A stretch of 64,000 bases of DNA from Callorhinchus milii. Lineage: Eukaryota. A program made the translations under genes and the position numbers. The notes beneath the pieces were generated by a model that worked only from the letters and a program-made list of their open reading frames with translations, ran no database searches and was not told the origin of the DNA. The DNA is taken from contig NW_024704742.1 in the NCBI RefSeq assembly GCF_018977255.1, positions 23,934,001 to 23,998,000 of the forward strand, written 5' to 3'. Below, piece by piece: positions 28,201 through 40,744 of this stretch (the stretch's first letter is position 1; each line of letters starts with the position of its first letter).

Positions 28201-29473
28201 GGCATATTAATGATCTGGACTTGGGATTAGAGAGCACTATTTCCAAGTTTGCAGATGATATAAAGTTAGGTAGGGTAGTAAATAGTGAGGAGGACTGTAA
28301 CCAACTGCAAGCAGACATAATAATAATAATCCTTGCATTTGATATAGCGCTTTTCACGTCGGGAGGACGTCCCAAAGCGCTTCATAGAACACACTGTAAA
28401 GTGAATTGACTGTATATTTGTGGGCGAACGCCGCAGCCAATTGCGCACAGCAATGTCCCACAAACAGTCGTGGATTGAAAATGACCAATTTATTATTGTT
28501 TTGTTTTTTTGGAGTGATTATTATTAGGCGTGTGGAGTAAGGAAACTTGCCCAAGGTTTCGCCCTGCCTGGAATTGAACTCAGGTCTCTCACTTGCAAAG
28601 CGAGTGCTCTAACCACTGAGCTACAGGACTCCTGACATACACACATGTGGCAGATGAATATCAATGTGGATAAGTGTGAGGTGATACACTTAGGTAGGAA
28701 AAATGATAGGAGGCAATATAGACTTGGTAGCTCAATCTTAAGGGGGGTGAACGTACAGAGAGATCTGGGTGTTCAAGTAAGCGAATCATTAAAGGTAGCG
28801 AGGCAGGTAGATAAGGCAGTAAAAAAGGCATTTGGTGTACTGAGCTTTATTAGTAGGGGCATAGAGTATAAGAGTAGGGAGGTTATGGTTAATCTATACA
28901 CTGGTTAGGCCTCAGCTGGAGCACTGCATCCAGGTTCTGGACACCTTACTTCAGGAAGGACATTAAGGCACTGGAAAGGGTGCAGAGGAGATTCACGAGA
29001 ATGATACCAGGAATGGGGAACCTTAGCTATGAGGACAGGCTGGAGAAGTTAGGACTTTTCCCATTAGAGCAGAGAAGGTTACGCGGGGACCTGATCGAGG
29101 TCTTCAAGATCATGAAAGGTTTCGACAGGCGAGATGGGGAAAAGCTGTTTCCGCTGGTAAGTGTGTCTGTGACCCATGGTCACAGTCTTAAGATATCTAC
29201 CAAAAGAAGTAAAGGGGAGGTTAGAAGAAATTGTTTCACTCAGCGAGTTGTTCGAATTTGGAATGATCTGCCTGAAAGGACAGTGAAGTCCGATTCGATA
29301 ACAGCTTTTAAGAGAGAACTGAATAGGTATCTGGGGAAGACGGGTTTGCAGGGTTATGGGGAGAAAGCTGGTGATTGAGGTTAGTGAAAGTGACTTGCTC
29401 TGTCAAAGAGCCGGCACAGAATCAGTGGGCCGAATGGCCTCTTTCTGTGCCGTAACATTCTATGAATCTATGA
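28201..29473 (+). mobile_element. CR1 LINE, 5'-truncated, frameshifted ORF2 (RT C-terminus), interrupted by a SINE
   Basis: Peptides ISKFADDIKLG, WQMNINVDKCEVIHLG, QRDLGVQV, LEQRRLRGDLIEVFKIMKG, FTQRVVRIWNDLP; TTCTATGAATCTATGA tail. Confidence 0.93.
28320..28633 (-). mobile_element. SINE family A, full-length young copy inserted in a CR1
   Basis: Reverse complement of the 5507 copy; flanked by GACATA direct repeats (28314-28319/28634-28639). Confidence 0.92.
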
Positions 29474-31126
29474 AAACAACTTGCTTGAAAATATCATGCT
29501 CTCCACGCAGGGTTGCATCTCGGAGCATTGATAGAGAGGTTAAATTGGTCCTGGTCTTTCCAGGGTCAAGGAAGGGAAAACCAGCCAAGGCTCCTGGTCC
29601 ATCTCAGGCCCCTCGATCGGTTGTGAATGGCAATGCGAGTGGGAGAGGTCATTGTTCAGCCGTGATACCCTCTGCAGAGTTACCTGTTAATAGTTACGGC
29701 TGAGGTTCATGCATGAACATTAGTTACTTGGGTGGGGTACCAGAGGCTACCAATGCCTGTGGAACTGCACACTAGCAAGAGGAGGCCAGGCCCAGAGAGA
29801 CAAATGCCGGTGGAATGAAAACTGGAGAGAAGTGAAAGGAGGATCACTTTGCTGAGAGTCAAGTGCTGTATTGCTACACCCACCCCCCTGTTCCTCGCAC
29901 AGTTCTGTCCTTTTCCCTCCAGCTGGAGAGGCCATGGAAAACTGCACCGAAGCTTCCATTAAGCGAGCCTCTCCATGCTGAGCTAGGAGGAAGGCAAGCG
30001 CGGCACAGGGCAAGTCGGACAGAACGTACAACGAGAGACAACACATTCGAGAGGTCCTGCCGAGAAACACTGAATACTCATCATGCAAGGCAGTGGGCTT
30101 GTAGCTCTACCCCTCACTGTGATCCAAAACAAACGTCTTAAAGTATTTCACAGAAATACAGAGTCCTGCAGCGAGTGTTTGAATCAATAAATTAATAAAT
30201 CAATAGATAAACAAACAAAATGTTGGAGTAAACAAAAATAACAGCAGTGACTTCATGTCCTTATGTCTTCAAATTCTATACCCCTGGTTATGTGTTAATG
30301 CCAATTAGATTAGGAGTCCAGACTAAAAAGATGGATTTCATTAGCTGTGAACATTGACAGCTGTACAGCCTCAGATTTCTTTATTGTCTCACATCGAAGC
30401 TCCAGCTGGGAAGCCAACGGGATCCCAGGCAGCAACAAAATATAAGGAAATTCATAACCAAATTGCAATAGCTGACTCAAGGTCCTGGTGCTGCCCGATA
30501 CAAGGTAGGACTTGAACCCATTATTAAGTGGATTCCGCCCAGTTAATTATTGCTTCAATGCAGAACTGGCTTCTTTTAGTGCTGTGATCTTTGGAGACAT
30601 TTTGTTTTACAGTTTACAGTAACATACATGATGTAATGTATAAGGGAATAGAGGGCTTGTGTGAAATATGAACACCGGCACACTTCATTGGGCTGAATGG
30701 CCTATTTCTGTGCTGTAAAGTTCTATGTAATTCCCTGAAATGTGTTCTTTTTGTATTTGGCGTATCTTGACTCATTGCTGTCTGGTGAAAATGGACGAGC
30801 ATCACAATTGATTTGGGAAACATACAGCCATGCTCAAAGCAATCAATGTCTTTATTCCTCAACTTGTCGAGGTGATGTGTGTAAAACAATTCAGTGCTAT
30901 CAATGATCTGGCTTTCCTCCATTAATCACCAAGAATTCAGCTTACTTCATTGAAAATCATTCAAATCACACCTCCCTAATATACTTAGCAATTCAGACAT
31001 GGAAAAGTATGCCTTTGTCACACCCTTCCTTTCACTCTACAAATATACTGAATGGAGCAGTCCTAAGGGCTCATCATCAACTTCGACTCATAAGGTCTTT
31101 AACGTAGGATGATATCACAATGTTGG

Positions 31127-31390
31127 CAATAATAATAATGGTTATAATAATAATCCTTGCATTTGATATAGCGCCTTATCACATCTTCAAGACGTCTCAA
31201 AGCGCTTCACAGAATATACTGTAAAATGAAGTGACTGTATATTTAATCATTAAATATTCCTACTTACTGCTAGGTAAACAGAGGCATGTGGAGTAAGGAA
31301 ATTTTCCCAACATTTCACCCGCTGGGAATTGAACCTATGTCTCTTGCTTGTGAGGCAAGTGCTCTAACCACTGAGCTACAGGACTCCACA
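31127..31390 (-). mobile_element. SINE family A with internal deletion
   Basis: Intact head (TGTGGAGTCCTGTAGCTCAGTGG) and tail; middle missing. Confidence 0.85.
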
Positions 31391-32574
31391 CATAGTATAA
31401 TCCTTGCATTTATTTTATCATCAAAACATGTCAAAGGGCTTTACTGTAATTAATATTAAATTTAGCGACTTTATTTGAGGCAAACACAGCAGCCAATTTG
31501 TGCACAGCAATGTCCAAAAAATAGTTAGAAGGTGAATTATCAATTTATCTGGCTCATCAATCTTCACTGGCTGCAAAACCTGGCTCCACCACAACTCTCA
31601 CGTATGCACTCAAGTGTCAGTGTAGGTGTTGGGTTAAGACAGCGTTAAACTTGGCAATGGTGCCCCATCAACCAGGTAGCTTCCTGGCACTGACATTTAA
31701 GAAGTTTGGCCACTTGGATGAGGTAGCAGAGTGCTGGTGGAGTTGTTAGTCAGTGAGAGTCAGCGCCTTCAGGAAAGGAAGGTGACACTTGGAAGGGAAA
31801 ATAAAAGTGAAAGAGGATTTTCACTTGGAAACAATACTGTGATACATCACAGCACAGGATCAGGTCTCTCAATTACCCTGCGCTGCTCACAGGCCTGATG
31901 AACATTCTGCTTTTTGGGCATGAAAGGTTTGCATATGCGAGGGAGTGCCATTTGAGTACAACCTTGCACTGATATCATGGTCTCTGAGGCCATATATCCT
32001 GTAACATTTTACATGTTAATCTATGGCACAAAAGAGACCTTAGTTTGAACCACCAGCACTGAAACAGGTTATTTGGGAGGAGCAGTGAATCAGCGAGTCA
32101 GAGCTCAAGCATGGGAAGAAAGTGTGGGCTGGTTCTGAGCTCCAGCAAACGTATAGCTGCCAAACTCAAGCACACTGCTGCAGAAAAGCACCCAGCAAAG
32201 GGCAGGTGTGAGGGGAAAGGCAGATGACCGCCTCATTTGCCTGCAACAAGATTCACAGTAATTACTTGCGAAATGCTTGGAGATGCTTTGATGAGATTGA
32301 GTGCCATAAAAATGCAACTTACTTACTGTGTCGCTGCCAGTTGGCTGTGGGCTAAGTGGAACAGAAGCCTGGGGGCCAGTTATAAATCTCTCTGCTGTTG
32401 TCAGTGCTTGGATTGGGATAGCTTAAAAAGAGGAGACAAAATACTTTGAAATCTGAAAAGAGAAAGGAGAAGGATGTTTTCCTTGCAAAGCTCCATGCAT
32501 GTTGTCTCATTAAAGCCCTTTGGGGTAACCGATGTGCAGTGAAGTATGATGAAAGAGGAGGAGAGAAGATTGAA

Positions 32575-32940
32575 TGCCAAAGAATGTTACAGCACAAAAA
32601 CAGGCCATTCGACCCAACTAGACCATGCTGGTGTTGACATTCCACACAAGCCTCCACCTCCCCTATTCCCCTCACCCATTCTGCTCAATTCCTTTCTCAC
32701 TCACGTATGCATCAAGATTACGCTTAAATACATGGATGCTTTCTGCTTCCACCACAGCTTGCAGTCGTGGGTTCCACTTTCTCAGCACCCCCTGTGAAAA
32801 GAGGTTCCTCCTAAACTCCCTTTTAGATCTGTTAGTTGCTATCTTATAATTAGCTCCCCTCTCTCCCTCCCCGTTTTAGACTCACCAACAAGTGAAAGAG
32901 CCTATTAATATCCACCTTGTTGAATTGAATCCTTTCATAA
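32575..32940 (-). mobile_element. Degenerate CR1 3' fragment
   Basis: Reverse complement of GGGTCGAATGGCCTGTTTTTGTGCTGTAACATTC 3' end; other decayed CR1 ends at ~25120-25640, 30630-30730, 35265-35340, 39690-39815, 51540-51680. Confidence 0.7.
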
Positions 32941-34029
32941 TTTTGTACACTTGGAAACCTTATAGCTTGACTTCTACCCCCAAGTTCCTCATCCCAGAAA
33001 AGAGTCCAGTGACACCTTTATTTCCATCAGAGAGAGGCAGGGGCAGGAGGGGAGAAAACAAGAAGCAATAGAGTCTAGTCTATTCCAATTACTAGGGAGG
33101 AGAAAAATATGTTCTCCGGCTGTCTCCTTAAAGGTATTCAGAAAAGGTTTCAACCAAGCAGATCAAACTGATTCACCAGTGGACTTCTCCACTGACAAGT
33201 GACAGGTCTCTTATTAAAACCCAGTGTTAAAAACTCCTAAGATTATATCATCAAGATTAAGTTGCTTCCCTGGTTTTAAATGAACCATTCAACTGGATGA
33301 TGCAATGTGTCTAACAGATAATAGGAAGATCATTGGCGTCAGACATTCGTTTTGTGTGTACACTAGGCTTGAGTAAGACTGCAGAGATTAGTGGGCATAG
33401 TCATAACATAAAAACAGATCTTATCTATTAACTTTAACTTGGCCTCATTACTTCATATACACTTTTACCTTTCAACTGCAACTGAGCGTAACCTGGCAAA
33501 GAAATTCAATTTGCAACCATGCAATAATCCAGTTGAGTGGGTGCTGGGGAAGTGAGATATAATTAATGAATACTGTATGAATGTAATATATTCCCTGGTT
33601 TAACTTTTTTTTAATAATGGATTCCATATTAGTCATTTATCAAAATAATAGGATATTACGATTTTTTTTGTTAGGTTTCTGCTGTTATTGAATCATTTTT
33701 AGTTTGAGCCTCGTCTCCAGCTCCCATGGTCCCTTTTGATCTAACGGGGAAATGAGGAGGAACCAAGAGGATAGACGACCAGACGTGAGTTGACGTTTTC
33801 ACAGACTGGTCGTGAGAAGGGACCACATGAAACCACCACACCACTTTGTCAGTCTGTAAAAGGAAACAATTCTGTGGTCATGAATCCTGGCTGATAATGG
33901 TCTCACTCAAGGGTTCTGCTTCCATTTTGCTTTTTTCTAGTAGTTGCTGCAAGACACGCGATCAAACTCTTAGGTTGGATCCTCCAAAGGCTCAGCACAT
34001 TTAATTAGTGAGTCGTGGAGCTATACAGA

Positions 34030-34265
34030 ATGACTAAGTCCCAGGTTCAATCCCTGGTCTACGCTGAGTTAGGCAATCGTATCCACAGCATCTGTAGAGG
34101 CACTACAGTTGGCCTCAGAGTTCAGGGTTGGGGAGAGGAGAATCAGGCAAGGTTCCCACTCTTGATCACCGAATAGTGTGGACCTCAGGTGACAACAAGA
34201 CTGATCTTGACTGCAAAATCTCCACCAGCATTCACACCTCCAACTGATCCTATATGGCCACTTAT
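34030..34265 (+). mobile_element. Ancient SINE-like repeat (family C, unnamed)
   Basis: GGTTCAATCCCTGGTCTACGCTGAGTTAG (B-box-like) and GGAGAATCAGGCAAGGTTCC motifs shared with 28123-28170 and 29535-29760. Confidence 0.5.
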
Positions 34266-36014
34266 AATAATCCTCATAATAAACTGCAATAATCCTTGCA
34301 ATTGATATAGTGTCTATATGTCAAAATATCTCAAAGCACTTCACAAGTATCTGCATTTGTGGATAATTGCAGCAGCCAATTTGCACACAGTATATCCCAC
34401 ATTGGCCATGTGGCCATGAGGTGAACGATCAATTTATCTAGAGGATTGTCAGCCAGGACTCTTGGAGAAACTGTCTTCTCTTTTCAGATAGTGCTATGGG
34501 GTGTTTGCCATCCACCTGATGAACAGGCAGGCAGGTCTCAGCCAAAGGAACAGCACCTTAGACAATGTATCACTCCACCTGATATTGCAGTGGACTATCA
34601 CCTTAGATGTAGAACTTCAGTGAAATATCTCCAGGAGAAAAAAAACATTAGGAGAGGAGAGGAAATTGGCGAGAAGGAAAGATCTATATTATGGGACTTA
34701 TAAGGGGTTTATGTTTTTTCTGAAAATATTTGCTCTTTATTTCCTGAAGGCATTGACAAATTCTATAACTGTTGGCCACAGCCTGCTGCCTTTCCAGTGT
34801 GATCATTCGTTCTGTATGACCCCGAAAGTTAGAAGATTCAGTGTTTAACCAAGAGGAAATATTGCATCGAGGCTTGATCTCATCCACACACAGGCAACAG
34901 AGAATCAATCCATAGAGCTGGATCGGAAGTAGGAACGTTGGCTGGTCCCTCCCTCCTCACATGAGTTAATCACCCCAGTGTTTCACAAGAACAAAGAAAC
35001 TATTATGAAAGGTGGATTCTGTGCAGCTGATACAGGTGAGGTGGGTTGGGTAACCTTGACAGGTGGACACTGTGTTTGAACGACAAGAAACCTATTAAAG
35101 AAAAAAATACACCAGCTTTCAGCTTCCTGTGGCACATTTACACCACAAATAGTTTTAAGTGATTACATTTTACAACACAAAACATCCTGGAATATCTGTC
35201 AAATCCTCATTTCTCTGAGTGAAAGGTAATGCACACAGCTTGGTTTTGCCATAGACGACATCAAGGACTAGTCGGGCCGAATTGCCTGATTCCATGCGTA
35301 TCATTCTAAGTAATTCTGTATCATTCTAAGCAATTCTCTATACATGATTTGTTTTATCAAAGTCATTTTGTCAAACAAGAAAAATTAGAGGCCCCAAATT
35401 TCACATGATCATTTGTGTAAACTGCAAATTGTATTTTACAAATTGATAATTAAAACAAAAAAAGACAAGAATGTCTTCAAAATTCAAATTGGGTAAAAGT
35501 TTATTTTAAAAATTTTATCTTAATTTGGAAGCTGTTTTTTCACAGGTCATTTTAAGCACTGCACAGAACTGGCTTCTGAATAAAGGCAGAAGAATGATCT
35601 GAAATTGTAAGACAATGAATAATCTTAAAGCTAAGAAGGTGGGAGATTTGGGCCCAAAAGTATTTTATAATGAAATTTCACTATTCACAAGTGACGAGTG
35701 TGAGAGAGACGATGAGTGTTAAAAGGAGAAGGTATCTCATTTAGAAGACACGCATCAAAAGTCAACTGAAGGACTATTATTTAAAAATAGTGTGAACAAA
35801 GCATAGCACTCATCCTGGGTGGAGTTCAGAGCAGCAGCAAGCATAGACTTGCGACAGTTTGAATGGTTACCAAAGATATAAAGAAAACTTAGATGCGTGT
35901 GCAGATAGCAGGCAAAAGATTTAGTTTCAGAAAACATCCAAACTAACTCATTCTATGAGTTATAGAACCTGACGAAATAAATTTACACCATTTTTGTTTA
36001 GATTATTTATCATT

Positions 36015-36411
36015 AAATAATCTTTGCAATTGATATAGCACATTATTATGTTGTTAAAATGTCTCAAAGTCCTTCACAGAATTTTAAGTGTAGTGACTGG
36101 ATATTTTATAGGTGAACATGGCAACCAATTTGAGGACACTACACAAAGTACATAAAGTGAATGAACAATTTTATCTGGCCAGAAACTCGCTTCACTTTTC
36201 AAATAAGCCAATGGGTCTTTAAGTTCCACCTGAATATGCAGATGGGACCTTGGTTTAACGTCTCATCCGAAGGAAAGCACCTCTGATAGTGATGGGTAAT
36301 CCCCATCACCGCAATGGAGTGTCAGCCTAGACTGAGCTCCTGATGTGGGGCTTGAACCCACAATCATCTGACTCAGAGGTGAGAGTGCTACTAACTGAGC
36401 CGGGCTGACAC
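36015..36411 (-). mobile_element. SINE family B, near full length
   Basis: Head TGTCAGCCCGGCTCAGTTAGTAGCACTCTCACCTCTGAGTCAG. Confidence 0.8.
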
Positions 36412-38552
36412 ACTTATTAAACAGTTCAGGAAACAATAGAGAACCATTTTTGAACCTTAGCTTATTTTATAATAATAAATCTTCCCTTTTGATACAGCGT
36501 CTCAAAGTATTTCACAGGTAATTGTCTGGTATTGTGACTGTGCATTTTAAGGGTGAGACTCGTCTAGTGTTTCCACAGAGTCAAGAGCTGGAGAGTGGGA
36601 TTGTTTTTTTGAGCAGCATTTTACAAAATGTTCCTGCAGTAAGAGCAGCAAACAGCATCACCGTGTACAAAATGTGATTTGCTGGGGTCAAGAGCACTTT
36701 TGTATTGTATGGCAGCCACGTGTTTAATATCAATGTGGCAACAGGTTCTGTAGGTAGGAAACAGGGAATCAAAAGCAAATCTGCGTTAAAGACATACCAG
36801 AAATCTGTAACAGTAAAGAAATGGGCAACATATTGTAAAGAGAACTTCACGCTGCATTTGGCCAGTAGCATCTGACCTGGGAGTACTAGATGGAACCATT
36901 GGCTATAAAATGTGGTAATGTGTTCCGGTATTTAGCACTGACATCTCAAGCTTTAATCACATAAATTCACCCAGAAATTTACACTAACAACAGTACGTGA
37001 CAGTACAATTGTAACTCAAAACCCATCAGATTGTTGACCAACATGACCTCTTAGAAGCCTGAGCAGTTCACAAGTGCCCTCGAAAACACCAGAGATGTGG
37101 AGATTAAAGAACCTTAAAACGCATTTAAAATGAAAGAAGAACCCTTGAAACGTTTAGCTTGAAGAATCTATGAGATACAATACCACCAGCTATCTGTATC
37201 AGGGTAACTAACAAATATTTCCTGGCACCCATAAGCCCTTCCTCAGGCAGGGAGATCAAGTTTGAGTCTCGTAAGAGTCAAATCTCTATGCTGACCAGGA
37301 ATCCAGTGAGCTGAATGTGAGATGTCATGTGCACATTCTTCTGACTGCTTATCGGACCGATTGCCTCAAGCTGTGTAACTGGAATGGTTGAAGTTGCAAG
37401 AGTTGCCACCACTGAAAGCCGTCAGCCCGGTCCAGAGAGCACTTTGTACTTGGGACAACTTCCTTGAATGACATTATGAGGTCTGAGGTTGAACAGGCTC
37501 TGCAGGCAAATGCTTTACACTTTGAACTTCTCAAGAATGATTTTCTGACAGTTCTGCCTGGGTGGCCTTTGTTTTGGAACGAGAAATACCAAAATGTTGA
37601 CATTGTTCCATTCACAAATCCGTGAAACTGTCTGAGGGAGCTTAACAACCTTGGTGGTGGGGCGGGGGGGCGCAGAAGAGGATGGAATTGATACTGCTAC
37701 ACTGCCTTGTCATACTCTTGCTTGATGGATTCCAATACAGTGACCTCCTACCAACCCCCCTCGGAATTCAAACCTAGCCAAACCGAGCCCGAAACTTAAC
37801 AATTATTATTATTATTTCACCCTATTCTGCTCTTAATACTTGACATACTTTATAAGTGGTGCCTTTTTGGAACTGTTCTTCTATATTGTCATTTAAGCTG
37901 TTCATTTTGACTTCCCAAATACATCTCTAGTTTTCTTTCATCGCCATTGTCCTCTTGGCCATTATTGATTTAATTAAATCCTCACTATTCAATCAGGCCC
38001 TCACAAGTCCTGGGTTGGGTTGACCTTTCCCTATAGCCAACAGAGTTTCAAAAAGGTATCACAGGTTCTTCCCTGCATTCAGTTGCTGTCTGTTGTCCCC
38101 ACTGACATTTCCTGTGCGTTCAATACTTACTCCCAAGCAAAGGTTTCTCAATGCAAGTAAACTGGACTATGAACTCATTTGGTAAATAGTAACTGTACCG
38201 CTGATAAAAAACTGTTTGATAACACATATGAAGAAATGTTTAGCTTAGACAAATGTACACTAATAATGCAAAAACTATATGACGACAGAGTCAGTCAGGC
38301 CTGTAGACACGCAGAGTCTTATGAAGGTGCCATAGCCTCCAAGATACAAATACTTAGAAGCTAATACAATCACAATCCAAAGATGCCTATACACACAGAC
38401 AAATAGATTCAAAACCATTTAGGGCGATGTGGTGCCTATCCAATCTCCAAAAGAACCAAATAACAGAAGCGTTCTGCCTAGACCTGTTCCAGTTGCTTCA
38501 CATTAATATCCCTCACAATCATCCTTGCAAAGTTACCCAATACGTGCAACAA

Positions 38553-38980
38553 TGTCAGCCTGGCTCAGCTGGTAGGGAGCACTCTCGCCTCCGAGTCAGA
38601 AGGTTGTGTGTTGAAGGCCCATGTCAGGATTTTGAACTCATATCGTCAAAGCTGACATTCCAATTGCAGCGCTAGGGGTGAGCGAACTGACCGGCCTTCA
38701 GAAAAGACTTAAACCAAGGTCCCATCAACCTGTTCAGGTAGATGTTACTAGATCCCATGACCCTAATTCTAAAAGAGAAGGGAGTTTCTCCCAGTGTCCC
38801 GGCTAACACTCAGATAAAATTAGTCATTCACTTCATGGCTGTTTGTGGTACATTACTGCGTGCAAATTGTCTGCCAGGTTCGGAAAAAAAAAAAATATCC
38901 AATTTATAATAAATCCTGTGAAGTGCTTTGAGATGTTCTCGTGACGTGAAATATTCTATATCAAATGCCAGGATTAGTAT
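38553..38980 (+). mobile_element. SINE family B, degenerate full length
   Basis: Head TGTCAGCCTGGCTCAGCTGGTAG; shared body and tail. More decayed copies at ~6230-6470, 13735-13980, 34290-34610, 43120-43380. Confidence 0.75.
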
Positions 38981-40744
38981 AAAAGCCCAGAATGAACAAC
39001 AAAAACTACTAAAGGACAGGGTTGGTCTCACTCTCTTGAACTGCCATTAGCAATAGATGGCACCAACATAGACTCTCATGGTTTCTACCGACAATCCCCA
39101 CACCCCCCACCCCGGGCAGGATTAAACAGGCCAGTTGGCATCACAACCCTGCCTGTATTTTAATGCTGGCAAATTATTACTTATTTCAGTCTTTGTGGAC
39201 TATCCGACTAATTTTAAAAGTTTATTGCGACTTTCACAATGTAGGATGTGGCTGTGTGGGGTGGTTTCAAATCATGTCATTGTTGATGGCTCCATTAGAC
39301 TATCAACTGAGCTAAGACCATCTCTTATTAACCTGAAAATCATACACTTCCTCTTGGAGCCAACCAACTGGGACTAAGTGTTCTGGCTGCTCATAATTCT
39401 GGAAACATTCATATCCTCCTACAAAGATTATCAAGCTAGTTTTGTTGGGATACACATTTACTACAAATTGATCTAGAAAATACATGCACAACAAAATGCA
39501 CCTGGGAGAGATCAGGAAAGAAAGCTATATGACGACAAATGGAATAAGTAGTTAAGTGTAGTTAAGAATAAGTACGAGTCTCTTCCATCAACAAACTGAA
39601 AGGAGAATAATTATAAGCCACGCATAAGAAACACCACTCCACTTTTATGAGTGGAGCCTTCAAATGAGTCAGCAATGATGCTTGAAAAACAAGCACAATG
39701 TATAGGGAGTGAACAGCAGACTGGGATTTGTTTTGGTGGCTCATGTAAAGAAAAGTACCATGGCAGACTTGAACTGAAAAGCCTGGTTTGTGCTGTAACA
39801 TTTTACGATCCTATGAAAAGCTACATGCAGGGAATTGGGATCAGTTTACCCACTGGATTTGAATGGTCTCCTATGTGCCATTGTGTGATCCTATGATTGG
39901 TCTGAATGGAGTAATTGTGATGCAAGGCGTTAACCTTCTGAATCCATCCCAAAATTCACGTGTAGTCAGTGTCCTCCTACACGGAATCAGCACAATACCA
40001 GGTCCTGGTTTTAAAGCAACTCAGATAGAAGTCAGCAATTCTTGCTAATATTAGTGAAATTGCCTGTTGTTGGAGTTCTGCGTGCTGTGGGAGGGGAAGA
40101 GTAAACGTCTGGGTGCAAAATTCAAGTTTCTCTCATGAGTAACAGGAGGAAAAATGTTTTTGACTTTTATTATATTTCATAATCTACAACTTTTAAAACA
40201 AATTTTTAAAACTGTTTCATTGCTCCTTTCCCAAAATAAGTAGCTATTGCATCTTATTGAGGTCAGCCCGGAAAAGGCTACATAATAATCCTTGCATTTG
40301 ATGTAGCGTCTTTTCACATTGTCAACACATTTCAAAGAGCTTCTCAAGAATATACTGTATTTTGTGCGTGAACTTGACAACCAATTTGCATACAGCAGTG
40401 TCCTACAGCCACGGAGTGACTAACCTATTTTATTGGGGGCATTGCTGACCAGGACTTAAATCCTTGTGAAGTCTGTGTTGAACAGAATCACTTAGAATAT
40501 GTTATTGCTGACAATATTTTGGTGTACATGCAGCTGCATTTTCTTTTGAATAAAATACATACTTGAACCTTATAAGAGCTCATCAGCTCATTGCCATGTC
40601 ACAAATACCAAATGAACTAAAATCTATTTAGAAAAAAAAGCGCTTTGTCGCACCCATCTGCATTGCAGGTTGAACAATAAGAAAGTTAATGTGATGTGCA
40701 CTGAAAGTGTCAATTCAACGAGAAACTAACACACACACAAGTTG

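Noticed and set aside
28980..29378. 132-aa ORF as a host gene
   Set aside because: C-terminal CR1 ORF2 remnant with upstream frameshifts
35298..35337. 20-bp tandem duplication (similar ones at ~1697-1740, 24181-24218, 59685-59715)
   Set aside because: Ordinary slippage duplications or CR1 tail variant; not CRISPR-like (no spacers, eukaryotic context)
37349..37648. Stop-poor unique stretch with protein-like reading on both strands
   Set aside because: No recognisable homology or convincing splice-site pair; would need BLASTx or RNA-seq
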